24,424 bases of DNA from a virus (IMGVR_UViG_3300028610_000355:1-24424); one strand, 5' to 3'. Positions 6,607 through 16,801 are shown, counted from the stretch's first letter. Numbers and translations are program-made. Notes: generated by a model not told the origin, from the sequence alone.

Positions 6607-8259
6607 ATGCACGCCTTAGCTACTTTGATGACGGAGAGGATTTCATCCGGCCTGAGGCGTAAGTCAATTGTGTTACCTTCACAATGGGCTGAAGCTTACC
6701 GTGAAATGGGACCACCCTACCCAGGGCGATGGTCATTTAAGAGACACCCTTGGCTTAGGGGGATGCATGATAGTGAGGCGGAATTCAATGTTGGACAAAA
6801 AGCAGCCCAAATGGGATTTACCGAGACTGTCCTTAATATCGTGTTTTACTACATTGATATTCACGGGGTGGATTGTCTTTATGTGCTTCCCGCTAAAACC
6901 CCAGACGCTAGTGATTTCAGTGCTGCTCGTTTTGATCCAGCTATTGAATCTTCAGCACATCTGGGCAAAATATTTACAGATGTTAAGAACGTCGGTCATA
7001 AAAGAGCGGGCCAAGCTAATCTCTACATCCGAGGAAGTAAGTCAAGGGCGGGACTTAAATCAGTTCCCGTAGGAGTATTAGTACTAGACGAGAAAGATGA
7101 AATGCGGCAAGAGAATATACCTCTCGCCCGTGAACGTCTTTCTGGTTATAGTATGGCCCTAACATGGGAAATTTCCACACCAACAGTCGATGACAAGGGA
7201 ATCAACACTACATTCAAGACTTCAACACAGGAAGAGTTCTTCTTTCATTGTCCTGGGTGTGGTAAGCATATCAATCTTGAGTTCCCTAGAAACTATGAGA
7301 TTTGCGGCGAACACTCCGACGATCCAGATGTAGCGAAATCATTCCTGAAATGTCACCTTTGCGGTAAAGAGCTTGTACATGAACAGAAGTGGGAATTCTT
7401 AGCGAATGGAATATGGGTCCCTAAGGTCAAAGAAAAGACTATGCGGGGATTTGGCATAAGCCAGATGTATTCAAGTGCTAAGGGTGCAACACCATCGAAC
7501 TTCATCAAAGCTTACTTTTTAGCCCAGACAAATCCAGCAGATGAACAAGAATTCCACAACTCGAAGCTTGGTGTACCACACATTGTTGATGGTGCCAAGC
7601 TTTGTGATGCCGATCTTCGCGATTGCATGGGTGGTTTTCTTAAGAGATTCTACGAAGAGCGTAGCGACCGTCTTATCACAATGGGTATTGATGTCGGAAA
7701 CTGGCTTCACTATGAAGTCGATCTGTGGAAATTGGCACCTGACTCTGTTAATGTTAACACGCACGCAAAACCATCTGTCATTTTGGAAGGGAAGTGCCGT
7801 CACTTCGAGGAGCTAGATGCTCTCATGGATGCGTTCAAAGTAAAACATGCAGTCATCGATTCACAACCTGAAAAGAGAAAAGCACGCGAGTTTGCTGAGC
7901 GGTGGTTTGGTAAAGTCAGCCTGTGTCAGTATAGTCGTGGTATTGCCGGGAAACAAATTCATGTCAACGAGGACGAACTCACCGTCTCCGTTGATCGTAC
8001 TTCGTGGTTAGACTTATCTTTGAGCCGATTCCGCTCAAAGATGATACTCTTACCAAAGGATCTGTCAAACGAGTACAAGGAACACCTTAAATCTCTTGTG
8101 AGGATTTATGAAAAAGATTCCGACGGCAATTTAATCGGAAAATACATCAAAGGTGATAACCATCATGACCACTTTGCTCATTCCCGTAACTACGCGGAGA
8201 TAGCATTACCTTTGGCAGTGTCAACGGGTGTTTCACAAAACATGGAGTCTCCAGCATGA
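6607..8259 (+). CDS. terL: Terminase large subunit, lambda gpA family
   Basis: gpA-type Walker A KAAQMGFTE, Walker B VLVLDE, ISTPT motif, CPGC...CHLC Zn motif, nuclease MGIDVG and DHFAHS. Confidence 0.93.
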   Translation: MHALATLMTERISSGLRRKSIVLPSQWAEAYREMGPPYPGRWSFKRHPWLRGMHDSEAEFNVGQKAAQMGFTETVLNIVFYYIDIHGVDCLYVLPAKTPDASDFSAARFDPAIESSAHLGKIFTDVKNVGHKRAGQANLYIRGSKSRAGLKSVPVGVLVLDEKDEMRQENIPLARERLSGYSMALTWEISTPTVDDKGINTTFKTSTQEEFFFHCPGCGKHINLEFPRNYEICGEHSDDPDVAKSFLKCHLCGKELVHEQKWEFLANGIWVPKVKEKTMRGFGISQMYSSAKGATPSNFIKAYFLAQTNPADEQEFHNSKLGVPHIVDGAKLCDADLRDCMGGFLKRFYEERSDRLITMGIDVGNWLHYEVDLWKLAPDSVNVNTHAKPSVILEGKCRHFEELDALMDAFKVKHAVIDSQPEKRKAREFAERWFGKVSLCQYSRGIAGKQIHVNEDELTVSVDRTSWLDLSLSRFRSKMILLPKDLSNEYKEHLKSLVRIYEKDSDGNLIGKYIKGDNHHDHFAHSRNYAEIALPLAVSTGVSQNMESPA

Positions 8260-10073
8260 TCGATTTTGAGTTAAGTAAAGCACTGGGTGAATCTCATATC
8301 CATGAGATCATGGCATCAGACGTAAAGATTGCGTCTTCGAGACACCCAGATTATGCTAAAAAGTGTGAGTCTTGGTCTAAGTGGCGGCTGACATACGAAG
8401 CTGGCGATGAATTTATTGAAGCATATATCAAGAAGTTCAGCAAGCGGGAGTCGACCACAGATTTCGATGAGCGAAAAGCCTTATCTTACAATGCAGCATT
8501 TGCTAAAGATGCTGTTAATGAAGTCAAAGATTCGATTTTCCAACGAATTTCGGATGTGACTCGTGAAGGAGGTGAGCAATCCTTTTTGGACGCAAGTCTT
8601 GGGCTTAACTACGGTATCGACCGTAAAGGAAGCTCTATGAATAGCTTTGTGGGGCGAAATATCCTACCTGAGCTACTTGCATTGGGTCGAGTCGGTGTAT
8701 TTGTTGATATGCCAGAGCTTCAAGGTCCAACAATGAGTCAAAAGGGGGATAGTCACCCTTACATTTACCACTACAAAACAGAAGATATCCTTAATTGGGT
8801 AGTTGAGAGTGATAGTGATAGTGTAGAGTTCCAAGTCCTACTTCTCCGCGACTATGCAATGGGGCGTGATGAGGCAACGGGACTCCCAACCAAGATTGAG
8901 GAGCGTTTTCGTTATCTATGGCGTGGTGATGGTTGTATATACTGTCATTTCTTTGATAAGGATTCCAAACCAATCAATCGACTCGGTCAGCCTGGTATTG
9001 ATGTACAAATTGCACAATTACCATCGATTCCGTTCACGCTCTTCACGATCTTTGAAAGTTTGATGACAGATATTGCCAATTATCAGATCACACTGATGAA
9101 TCTGGCAAGTGCAGATATCTCATACTTACTACGAGCGAATTTTCCATTCTACGTTGAGCAATTTGACCCTAAATCAGAGAACTTTTATCAACGTCGGGCT
9201 GCAATTGCTAGTGAAACCGATGAAGATGGGTCTACAATCGTATACCAAGGGACAGCAGAAGATGCAGAGACGTCGAAGAACCAAGAGATTGCAGCAGGTC
9301 CATCGTCAGGGCGACGTATCCCAAAGGGGTTGGATATGCCGGCCTTTATTCATCCCTCTTCTGAGCCAGTCCAAGCCTCAATGGCGAAACAAGATGAGTT
9401 AAAGCGAGATATTAAGGCTCTTGCTCGTCTTGCTGTATCGTCAATGCGACCAACGATGGCTTCAGCAGAGAGTAAGGGCTATGATGAACGTAGTCTTGAA
9501 GCCGGGCTAAGTGCTATTGGTCTTGAACTTGAGCAGGGTGAACGAAATGTCGCTCGGTTCTGGACTATGTATGAGAACTTGAAGGGCACGATCCCAACAA
9601 TCAGATACCCGACGAAGTATTCCTTACGTACAGATAACGATCGACGGGAAGAGGCCGAAGAACTCCGTAAGTCAATGAAGAATAGTCCGTCTATTACATA
9701 CCAGCGTGAAGCACTCAAGCAGATTGTTAACATTGACATTGCCCATAAGGTCTCGTTGCAGACACTCAAGAAAATTGAGGGTGAGATTGATAGTGCCAAG
9801 GTAATTTTCTCTGATCCAGATGTATTGAAGGATGATGTGGAAATGGGATTGATTGATCCTGAGTCGGCCAGTGGAGCTAAGAACTACCCGAAGGGCGTAG
9901 TTGAGAAAGCTAAGATTGCTCACGCTGAGCGGGCAACGCGTATTTTGGAGGCCCAAACGAAAGCTCGTGGTGTCGATGAACTTGGTGGCGTTGATAATGC
10001 TAGTAAGGATGAGAAGCAAGAGAAAACACTAGACACAGTCCCTAAGGACGAAACACGAGGGGAAGGTAAATAA
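8256..10073 (+). CDS. Portal protein (DUF4055-like)
   Basis: Follows TerL with ATGA overlap; 605 aa; HPDY..W..W...YEAG..RES...F.ER N-terminus and GRVGVFVDMP strand. Confidence 0.85.
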   Translation: MIDFELSKALGESHIHEIMASDVKIASSRHPDYAKKCESWSKWRLTYEAGDEFIEAYIKKFSKRESTTDFDERKALSYNAAFAKDAVNEVKDSIFQRISDVTREGGEQSFLDASLGLNYGIDRKGSSMNSFVGRNILPELLALGRVGVFVDMPELQGPTMSQKGDSHPYIYHYKTEDILNWVVESDSDSVEFQVLLLRDYAMGRDEATGLPTKIEERFRYLWRGDGCIYCHFFDKDSKPINRLGQPGIDVQIAQLPSIPFTLFTIFESLMTDIANYQITLMNLASADISYLLRANFPFYVEQFDPKSENFYQRRAAIASETDEDGSTIVYQGTAEDAETSKNQEIAAGPSSGRRIPKGLDMPAFIHPSSEPVQASMAKQDELKRDIKALARLAVSSMRPTMASAESKGYDERSLEAGLSAIGLELEQGERNVARFWTMYENLKGTIPTIRYPTKYSLRTDNDRREEAEELRKSMKNSPSITYQREALKQIVNIDIAHKVSLQTLKKIEGEIDSAKVIFSDPDVLKDDVEMGLIDPESASGAKNYPKGVVEKAKIAHAERATRILEAQTKARGVDELGGVDNASKDEKQEKTLDTVPKDETRGEGK

Positions 10074-11092
10074 TGGCATTACTGAAGATAGAAGGTTTCA
10101 ATGCAGTTACAACTGCTGATTTAACATATCTAGGTATAACCTATGCTACACCATTGATAAGTAATTCAGAGCAGCGAAATGGTAGTGGGTGTCTAGAATT
10201 TAACGGTTATACCGACGGGATAACATTTAGTCAGGTATTTACAGATGCAAAGTTTGTAATTGGTTTTGCCTTAAAAATAGAGGGCTATTATTCAAGCTCT
10301 GCTCCTTTTCTCAATTTTAGGGGTACTGCCGATGCCCTCTCACTGTATTTAGATACTTCTGGGCATCTAGTAGTTAAAGCAGGAGCAGCAACACTAGGGA
10401 CGGCCACATCAGCTTTGGCACTTGATACTTGGAACTATATTGAATTCAAAGGGGAAATAGCAAATTCAACATCAATTGAGACAATCTTAGTCATTAACGG
10501 TACGGTAGAAATTACAATTCCCACTAGTTCGGATACTCTTAGTGGTGCTGGACCTATCAATGGAGTGCAATTTGAAATGGGTGGGTTAGCGTCAGGGTCA
10601 TTTTATCTTGATGATATATATTTTTGTGACATGTCAGGTTCCGTGAATAATGATTTTCTTGGTGACTGTGTCGTTGAAACACTTATGCCTAATGGGAATG
10701 GTTATGTCAGTGATTTTGTTGGTAGTGACGCAGACAGCATAGATAATTATTTACATGTTGATGATCCAACAACTCCAGATGAGGACTCAACATATATTGA
10801 ATCATCAACAGTATCAGATAAAGACGCTTTTACTTTTGAAGACTTATCTGGGGAGGTAGATATAATACATGGTATTGCTTTAACTAGTATTGCGAAGAAA
10901 GATGATGCAAACCCACGAATTCTCGAACAGTTAGCACGACCAATTTCAACAGATTACAGTGGCAACGAACATACATTGGCCACAAGTTATGCAAAATACA
11001 CAGATATTTGGGAGACTAATCCGGCGGATTCAGCAGCATGGGAAGAAGCTGATGTTAATGGGGCTGAATTCGGTATTGAGGTTGAGTCATAA
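10073..11092 (+). CDS. Concanavalin A/LamG-like beta-sandwich virion protein (candidate adhesin)
   Basis: LDTWNYIEFK, LVING, FYLDDIYF LamG-type pattern; acidic beta-rich second domain. Confidence 0.65.
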   Translation: MALLKIEGFNAVTTADLTYLGITYATPLISNSEQRNGSGCLEFNGYTDGITFSQVFTDAKFVIGFALKIEGYYSSSAPFLNFRGTADALSLYLDTSGHLVVKAGAATLGTATSALALDTWNYIEFKGEIANSTSIETILVINGTVEITIPTSSDTLSGAGPINGVQFEMGGLASGSFYLDDIYFCDMSGSVNNDFLGDCVVETLMPNGNGYVSDFVGSDADSIDNYLHVDDPTTPDEDSTYIESSTVSDKDAFTFEDLSGEVDIIHGIALTSIAKKDDANPRILEQLARPISTDYSGNEHTLATSYAKYTDIWETNPADSAAWEEADVNGAEFGIEVES

Positions 11093-12204
11093 TGACGGTT
11101 GCAAGGTCAACACAACAATATGTTGATGTTTTGTATACGAGTTCAGTCGTACCAACTGCACGACTGACGACTCAGTATATAGACATACTATACTCGGAGC
11201 CAGTTGGTCTACCGCCACAGGAAGTAACTAGCAATCTTACCCTTACCCAAGAAGTATTAGTACAGGTAGTATATAATCGCTCAGTAGCGAGCACACTTAC
11301 TTTCTCCCATGATGCGGTCACATATAACAATCAGCGAATTGGTAATACGCTTGCATTCAGCCACAGCGTCCAGGTCACAAAAGTCCTGAACATTGCCGTA
11401 GGTAACACTTTAGAATTTACCCAAGCGGCAGATAACGATACTGAACAGACATTTTACGCTAGTAACCATTTAGAGTTCCAACAGACAGTTGTAGTTAAGC
11501 GTGTGCTTCCGATACAGGTCGCAAGTAACACCCTCACATTTACCCAAGCTGTACAATGCAGCCGCCCTGTATCTAATCACCTTACATTCACACAATCAGT
11601 GTCCTGGGCCTGGGGTGGCCAGCAACTATCAGCATCCTCTACTTTAGCTTTTACACAAGATGCTGTAGCACAGCTAATAAGCAACCAGTCGGCGGCGAAC
11701 ACATTAGGGTTCACACAGTTAGCAGTATGTAATATAATTCGTGAGGGTTCGACAAATATAACACAGACCCTCCACTTAACACAACACGTCGTGGGCGTTG
11801 TTGTTAAGCCTACCGAGACTTACGTATTGATGCAAGCACCGTGGCCAAGAATTGAAGCATCGATCGTACTCCCGGCACCTGAGTTAGATGACAAAGAGAA
11901 CAATGTTTCCGATATGCTCGTTAAGCGGGCAATGGACGGAACACGTCGAGTGTATGTCAAACGATCGACATCACGGCGGTTAGCGTACACTTTCGACATG
12001 ACAAGACAGAAGGGCCTGGAACTAGAAGAGTTCCTCACCACATACAATGCCGAACACATTAGGATGCAAAATTGGAAGGGCGAAATCTGGGACGTCCAAC
12101 TTTTAACTAACCCACTTGACTTTGTTCAGAATCGTCGGCACAGTCCAGATGGTGCCAATGTGGCGATCAACCTCGAATTTGAAGGAGTGAAATTAAGTGG
12201 CTAG
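11092..12204 (+). CDS. Repeat-containing structural protein: about 10 xSNTLxFxQ repeats plus a ~125-aa C-terminal domain (distal-tail/Dit-like by inference)
   Basis: Repeats visible in the translation; same architecture as 23099..24229. Confidence 0.7.
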   Translation: MTVARSTQQYVDVLYTSSVVPTARLTTQYIDILYSEPVGLPPQEVTSNLTLTQEVLVQVVYNRSVASTLTFSHDAVTYNNQRIGNTLAFSHSVQVTKVLNIAVGNTLEFTQAADNDTEQTFYASNHLEFQQTVVVKRVLPIQVASNTLTFTQAVQCSRPVSNHLTFTQSVSWAWGGQQLSASSTLAFTQDAVAQLISNQSAANTLGFTQLAVCNIIREGSTNITQTLHLTQHVVGVVVKPTETYVLMQAPWPRIEASIVLPAPELDDKENNVSDMLVKRAMDGTRRVYVKRSTSRRLAYTFDMTRQKGLELEEFLTTYNAEHIRMQNWKGEIWDVQLLTNPLDFVQNRRHSPDGANVAINLEFEGVKLSG

Positions 12205-12646
12205 TTATTACGGAACCAACACCGGTGCAAATGCTTACTTTAACGAACGATTGGATGTTCGTGTCTGGGAGCTGACTGTACTGAATGATAGAATCAAAGC
12301 TTTGAAGATGGCCACTCGGGCTATTGATAAGCTTAACATCGCCGGTACAAAAGCTGACGATGACCAGGAACTACAATTCCCCCGTTTCGGGGATACTGTA
12401 GTACCGCCCGATATCGAGCGTGCTTGCTATGAGTGTGCTCTTGCCTACTTGGACGGAGTAGACATGGAACTTGAACGTAAGAACATAGGCATGACGTCCG
12501 ATGCCTTTTCAGGTGCAAGAGCCACCTACGACTTGCACTTTGTCGAGGAACACATTCGAGCAGGTATTCCTAGTGCTGAAGCATGGGGATATATCCGCCC
12601 GTATTTGCGTGATCCACGCGAAATCGATTTACGTAGGGTTCCCTAA
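12197..12646 (+). CDS. Head-tail adaptor (connector family usually annotated DnaT-like ssDNA-binding)
   Basis: YYG...ANAYF, KAL..ATRAID, G.K....Q.LQFPR, P.DI..A..E.AL pattern; GTG start with AAGGAG RBS. Confidence 0.75.
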   Translation: MASYYGTNTGANAYFNERLDVRVWELTVLNDRIKALKMATRAIDKLNIAGTKADDDQELQFPRFGDTVVPPDIERACYECALAYLDGVDMELERKNIGMTSDAFSGARATYDLHFVEEHIRAGIPSAEAWGYIRPYLRDPREIDLRRVP

Positions 12647-12657
12647 GGAGACTGAGT

Positions 12658-13515
12658 ATGTTGTTTTCCATGTTGAGAAGTTCGCCGTTCCGCCTCGTCT
12701 ATGATGACGCCAGTGATGCGGCTGCCGCTGAGGCTGCTGCAACCGCTGAGGCTACTGCAACTGCGGCGGCGAAAGCTGAAGCCGAAGCTACGGCGAAGAA
12801 GGGTGAGATCACTCTTACCCAAGAGAAGCTGAATTCCATGATGGCTGAGAACCGCCGGACTGTGTCGAAGCAAAACGAAACACTGCTGGGTGAGCTTAAC
12901 ACACTCAAAGAGCAGGCAACGATGACCGCTACTGAGCGGGGAGACCTGGAAGAGCGTCTGGAGAAGCTCCAAGAGCAATCTATGACGCAAGAAGAAATTG
13001 TCAAGAGGAACTCGAAGAAGGCTCAAGTCGCCCATGCGAAAGAGCTTGATAAGCTTACCAAAGAGCGAGACACTTGGCAAAGTAACTACAGTGCCGAACG
13101 TATCAATCGTTCGATACTGGATGCGGCCACAGCGGCCAAGGTCGAAGTCAATGAGCAGATCATGGACATTCTCGGCCCAAAAACCTACCTGGGGGAGGTC
13201 CTTAATGAAGCAGGACAACCTACTGGGGAATACGAGCCGTTGGTTAAGTTCGTCGATGTAGACGACGACGGCAATCCGACCATGCTGACACTCAAACCTG
13301 AGGATGCCCTCAAACGTATGAAGGAACTACCAGAGCGATTTGGTAATCTCTTCACGAATCCGGGCACTGGTGGATTTGGTTCCACCAATGGTGCGGGTAG
13401 TGGCAGCGGTCGCAATGTGACGGTTGATTCACTGAAGGACCCTGCCGCCTATATGAAGTGGCGTAAGGAAAATCCCGGTGTTGATCCGACTACCCTAGTG
13501 AAAGGTAAAAACTAA
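12658..13515 (+). CDS. Capsid scaffolding protein
   Basis: Ala/Glu-rich N-terminus, LTQEKLN motif, long coiled coil, Gly-rich C-terminal linker; immediately precedes the MCP; TAAGGAG RBS. Confidence 0.85.
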   Translation: MLFSMLRSSPFRLVYDDASDAAAAEAAATAEATATAAAKAEAEATAKKGEITLTQEKLNSMMAENRRTVSKQNETLLGELNTLKEQATMTATERGDLEERLEKLQEQSMTQEEIVKRNSKKAQVAHAKELDKLTKERDTWQSNYSAERINRSILDAATAAKVEVNEQIMDILGPKTYLGEVLNEAGQPTGEYEPLVKFVDVDDDGNPTMLTLKPEDALKRMKELPERFGNLFTNPGTGGFGSTNGAGSGSGRNVTVDSLKDPAAYMKWRKENPGVDPTTLVKGKN

Positions 13516-13517
13516 TT

Positions 13518-14942
13518 ATGAGACTTTTCTCAACTCCGTTTCGACTCGTGTATGACAATGACCTTGCGGCGTTCATCCCAGAAATCTGGGCGAACGAAGG
13601 CGTTGCCGTTCTTATTGAGAACATGGTTATTTCGGGTATGGTCCATCGTGACTTCTCCTCGAAGATCGCCAAGTTCGGTGAAACCGTTCATACTCGGAAG
13701 CCTGCCGAGTTTGAATTCAACCGTAAGACAAAGACTGATGAAGTCACCGTCCAAAATGCGGAAGCTACCGACATTCCGGTTGTGCTGAATCAGCACCTCG
13801 AAACCACCTTTACGCTCCAGGACGAAGACCTGTCTAAGTCCTTCCAAGAGCTGAAGGCGCTTTACTTGGTCCCGGCGATTCTCTCGCTGGTTCAAGGTCT
13901 TGATAAGATTACCCTTGGGCAAGCTTATCAGTTCATGGACAACCAGCAGGGTGGTCTTGGCTTGGGTACTGTCGATACGATCAAGGGTTATATGGTCGAT
14001 ACGCGAAAGCGTATGAGTATCAACAAGGCCCCTCTCCCCGGTCGTACTTTGATTATCGGTCCCGAAACCGAAGCAATCATGTTGAACCTCGATACGTTCA
14101 CCGAGGCCGACAAGGTTGGTGATGACGGTTCGGCACTGCGAGAAGCGAGCATCGGACGTAAGTACGGGTTCGATATCTACCAGTGTCAGAACACGCCCAG
14201 TCCGATTACTACAATTCAGTCGATAGCGTCGAAGGTCGACAATAGCGGCGGCTATGTTGCTGGTACTACCCTTATCCACATGGATACGGCGGCCGTGACG
14301 GACCTTAGCCAGACGGAAGGCAAGTTCATCAAGATTGCTGGTGATGACACGATTCACCGTGTTACGCTGACTGCCAGTCCGTCGACTGAGGATCTTGACG
14401 TTACCATTACTCCAGGTCTGCGTAATGCAGTCCTTGACGATGCTGTTGTCACGATTTACAATCGTGCGGCCACTACGAGTGCCTACGCTGCGGGTTACTC
14501 GAAGGCAATTGTCATTGATGGTTACACTGGAGTCATCGAGCCTGGTACGCTTATCGCGTTCTCGACTGATGCGACTCCTGACGTAGCTATCGCTGGCTAC
14601 TACTCTGTTGTCAAGACGATCGAAACCGCCGGCGATACTACTTCGATTTGGCTGGATCGTCCGCTTGTGAATGCGGTTGTGGAAGACGACCACGTCGACC
14701 TTGGCCCCGCCGGTGAAGTCAACTTTGCTTTCCAGCGGAATTGCCTCTCCTTGGTTCTGCGTCCTCTGATTCAGATCCCGAGTGGTATGGGCGTCATGTC
14801 CGGCGTTGCGTCTTACGGTGATGTCGCGATTCGTGTCAACGCGAGTTACGAAGGTCGTAAGCAGGGTCTCCTGGTGACGGTTGACCTGTTGTGTGGTGTT
14901 GCTACACTTGATCCCTATCTCGCGGCACTGATGCTTTGCTAG
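13518..14942 (+). CDS. Major capsid protein, P22 coat (gp5)-like HK97 fold with a large insertion
   Basis: FIPEIWA..ENMV..VHRDF..GETV..RKP, IGRKYGFDIYQCQN, C-terminal VDLLCGVATLDP; followed by a terminator. Confidence 0.92.
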   Translation: MRLFSTPFRLVYDNDLAAFIPEIWANEGVAVLIENMVISGMVHRDFSSKIAKFGETVHTRKPAEFEFNRKTKTDEVTVQNAEATDIPVVLNQHLETTFTLQDEDLSKSFQELKALYLVPAILSLVQGLDKITLGQAYQFMDNQQGGLGLGTVDTIKGYMVDTRKRMSINKAPLPGRTLIIGPETEAIMLNLDTFTEADKVGDDGSALREASIGRKYGFDIYQCQNTPSPITTIQSIASKVDNSGGYVAGTTLIHMDTAAVTDLSQTEGKFIKIAGDDTIHRVTLTASPSTEDLDVTITPGLRNAVLDDAVVTIYNRAATTSAYAAGYSKAIVIDGYTGVIEPGTLIAFSTDATPDVAIAGYYSVVKTIETAGDTTSIWLDRPLVNAVVEDDHVDLGPAGEVNFAFQRNCLSLVLRPLIQIPSGMGVMSGVASYGDVAIRVNASYEGRKQGLLVTVDLLCGVATLDPYLAALMLC

Positions 14943-14950
14943 ATCCCTTC

Positions 14951-14990
14951 CCAACTGCCCCGTCTTCGGGCGGGGTGGTTGGCTTTTGTT
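14951..14990 (+). terminator. Intrinsic terminator after the MCP
   Basis: CCAACTGCCCCGTC-TTCG-GGCGGGGTGGTTGG with a C(UUCG)G tetraloop, then CTTTTGTT. Confidence 0.9.
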
Positions 14991-15015
14991 GGTTAAGCTT
15001 AACAAGGTTCCAAAT

Positions 15016-15504
15016 ATGTCTCGCACCCGACTACAATACATTCGAGCTACCCTCTACCGCATGAAACGTACATACGGTTTGCCAATTGACATTTGTCAGC
15101 AAATCCTTGGTACGACTGACTTGGAGACGGGACAGAAATCAATTTCGTATATGAAGATCCATGTGCCACGGGCTATTGTTCAGCCTGCGAAAGTGTCACG
15201 CTCATTCGTGTATGACCTTGCGTATATCTCAGCCAATAAAGATTTTACATCGGGTGGTTTCTTTGACTCAAGCGACCGTCGTGTTATCATCGACGCTGCC
15301 GATATACCGGCCGATTGGGAGATAGATAATAACCAGTTCGTTGTGTACAATCAGCGACGTTACGAAGTGAAAAGCTTCTATGAGTTTGAAGAGGGGATGG
15401 GATACATTCTTGTTGTGCGAGAGACAAAAGCAGCGAGGAAAGTACATCTACTTGATGCTAAGTCTGTACTATGCTTTGAGCAAGTTGCGGAGGTAAGCCG
15501 ATGA
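15016..15504 (+). CDS. Probable head-closure (stopper) protein
   Basis: Position after the MCP; beta-rich with VVYNQRRYEV motif; start moved to ATG 15016 because the track's 14986 lies in the terminator U-tract. Confidence 0.6.
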   Translation: MSRTRLQYIRATLYRMKRTYGLPIDICQQILGTTDLETGQKSISYMKIHVPRAIVQPAKVSRSFVYDLAYISANKDFTSGGFFDSSDRRVIIDAADIPADWEIDNNQFVVYNQRRYEVKSFYEFEEGMGYILVVRETKAARKVHLLDAKSVLCFEQVAEVSR

Positions 15505-15974
15505 ATATCAATCCTGACTGGTATCGGTGGATCACTATATCAATCTCAAAGCATTTCGATTTATACAAAGGGAGCTACTTCCTTTACATTGAAGGCGATG
15601 AGCGAGATACAGATAACCTTGCCGACTTCGCAGAACTCCGAACAGATGGTCCCTTTATTTCACAACCGTGCCATGGTGTAAAATACCTTGACATGGAAAT
15701 TAACCTCTTGATTCAGTCTGCCATGGACCCAGAGGACTTGTATGCTGGCGTAAGAGCTGTTGGTCAATTTGCCCAAGGCTTTACACAAGTAATCAAAGTA
15801 TACAAGTATGGGAATGGTGGCAACGACGATGACTCTTTGTTGGGTTGTCTGAAGACCCGAACAAAACGATATGAAGATACAGTTGACATTGGTAACTTTG
15901 GTATTATTCACCAAGATACTAAGTTAACTCAGTACACAATTGAAGGACATTACCGCTTAGAACTCCAAGAGTAA
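15501..15974 (+). CDS. Probable tail terminator/completion protein
   Basis: 157 aa, immediately upstream of the tube genes, ATGA overlap; assignment by synteny only. Confidence 0.55.
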   Translation: MNINPDWYRWITISISKHFDLYKGSYFLYIEGDERDTDNLADFAELRTDGPFISQPCHGVKYLDMEINLLIQSAMDPEDLYAGVRAVGQFAQGFTQVIKVYKYGNGGNDDDSLLGCLKTRTKRYEDTVDIGNFGIIHQDTKLTQYTIEGHYRLELQE

Positions 15975-15985
15975 AGGAGCCATTT

Positions 15986-16801
15986 ATGGCAAAGATTGAT
16001 CTAAAGAACGCTATCCTGCGACTTTGGGATGGTACAATTCCGGAGCTGACTACAGTTAATGGTGCTGGTGTGAACGGTCAGGTAACACTGACTGCTCTCA
16101 GTAAGCATCATGGCAGTGCAACTCCGTCGATTACAATTATTCATCCGACTAGCACTACATCGCTTAGCGTTGTGGTTACGGGTGTTGACATTGTTATCAC
16201 ACTCAACTATTCTGGTTCAGTTGATACAATTGCATCGGCAATGAAGACAGAATACGACAGTGTTCCTGCCGCCGTTGCACTTGCTACAATGACGCTAGAT
16301 GGCGACGGTTCGCTTGTTCCTGATGCCCAGGCTATCACCCGACTCACAGGTCATAACTCGCTTGAGATTAAGGTCGGTGATGGTAATCTTACCCACTCCG
16401 AGAAGAAGACCAGAGAGTTCAGTTTGGACCGTGGTTCTCTTGACACGGTACGTGATGCTGACGAGGAACCGATGGATGTCTCGTTTGACTTCATGTGGGA
16501 GTTTCTTACTTCTGCTAACGGTGCATCTGTACCGACGATCGAAGAAGTCCTAAAGAATCTGGCCCCGGCCGATGCTTGGGTAACTACTGCTGACGATACC
16601 TGTCAACCATTTTGTATTGACCTTGAAATCGTCAATGCTCCAGCGTGCTCGGCGATTGATGACGAGCAATCCCTTTTCGAGGAATTCTATTACGAAGGAC
16701 TCGACCACGACACGAAGGAAGCCAGTGTGGCTTGCTCCGGGCGATGTAATCGACTGACAGCTTCTCATGTCAGATTTGATTCGGCAATTCTGCCTCTCTA
16801 A
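15986..16801 (+). CDS. Tail tube (major tail) protein, copy 1
   Basis: Between terminator and tail chaperone genes; AAAGGAG RBS and ATG; acidic and beta-rich. Confidence 0.75.
   Translation: MAKIDLKNAILRLWDGTIPELTTVNGAGVNGQVTLTALSKHHGSATPSITIIHPTSTTSLSVVVTGVDIVITLNYSGSVDTIASAMKTEYDSVPAAVALATMTLDGDGSLVPDAQAITRLTGHNSLEIKVGDGNLTHSEKKTREFSLDRGSLDTVRDADEEPMDVSFDFMWEFLTSANGASVPTIEEVLKNLAPADAWVTTADDTCQPFCIDLEIVNAPACSAIDDEQSLFEEFYYEGLDHDTKEASVACSGRCNRLTASHVRFDSAILPL

Noticed and set aside
13530-15041. 503-aa antisense ORF opposite the capsid gene (and similar shadows over the scaffold and TMP)
   Set aside because: Explained by codon bias of the sense gene; it crosses the terminator and has no recognisable motifs.
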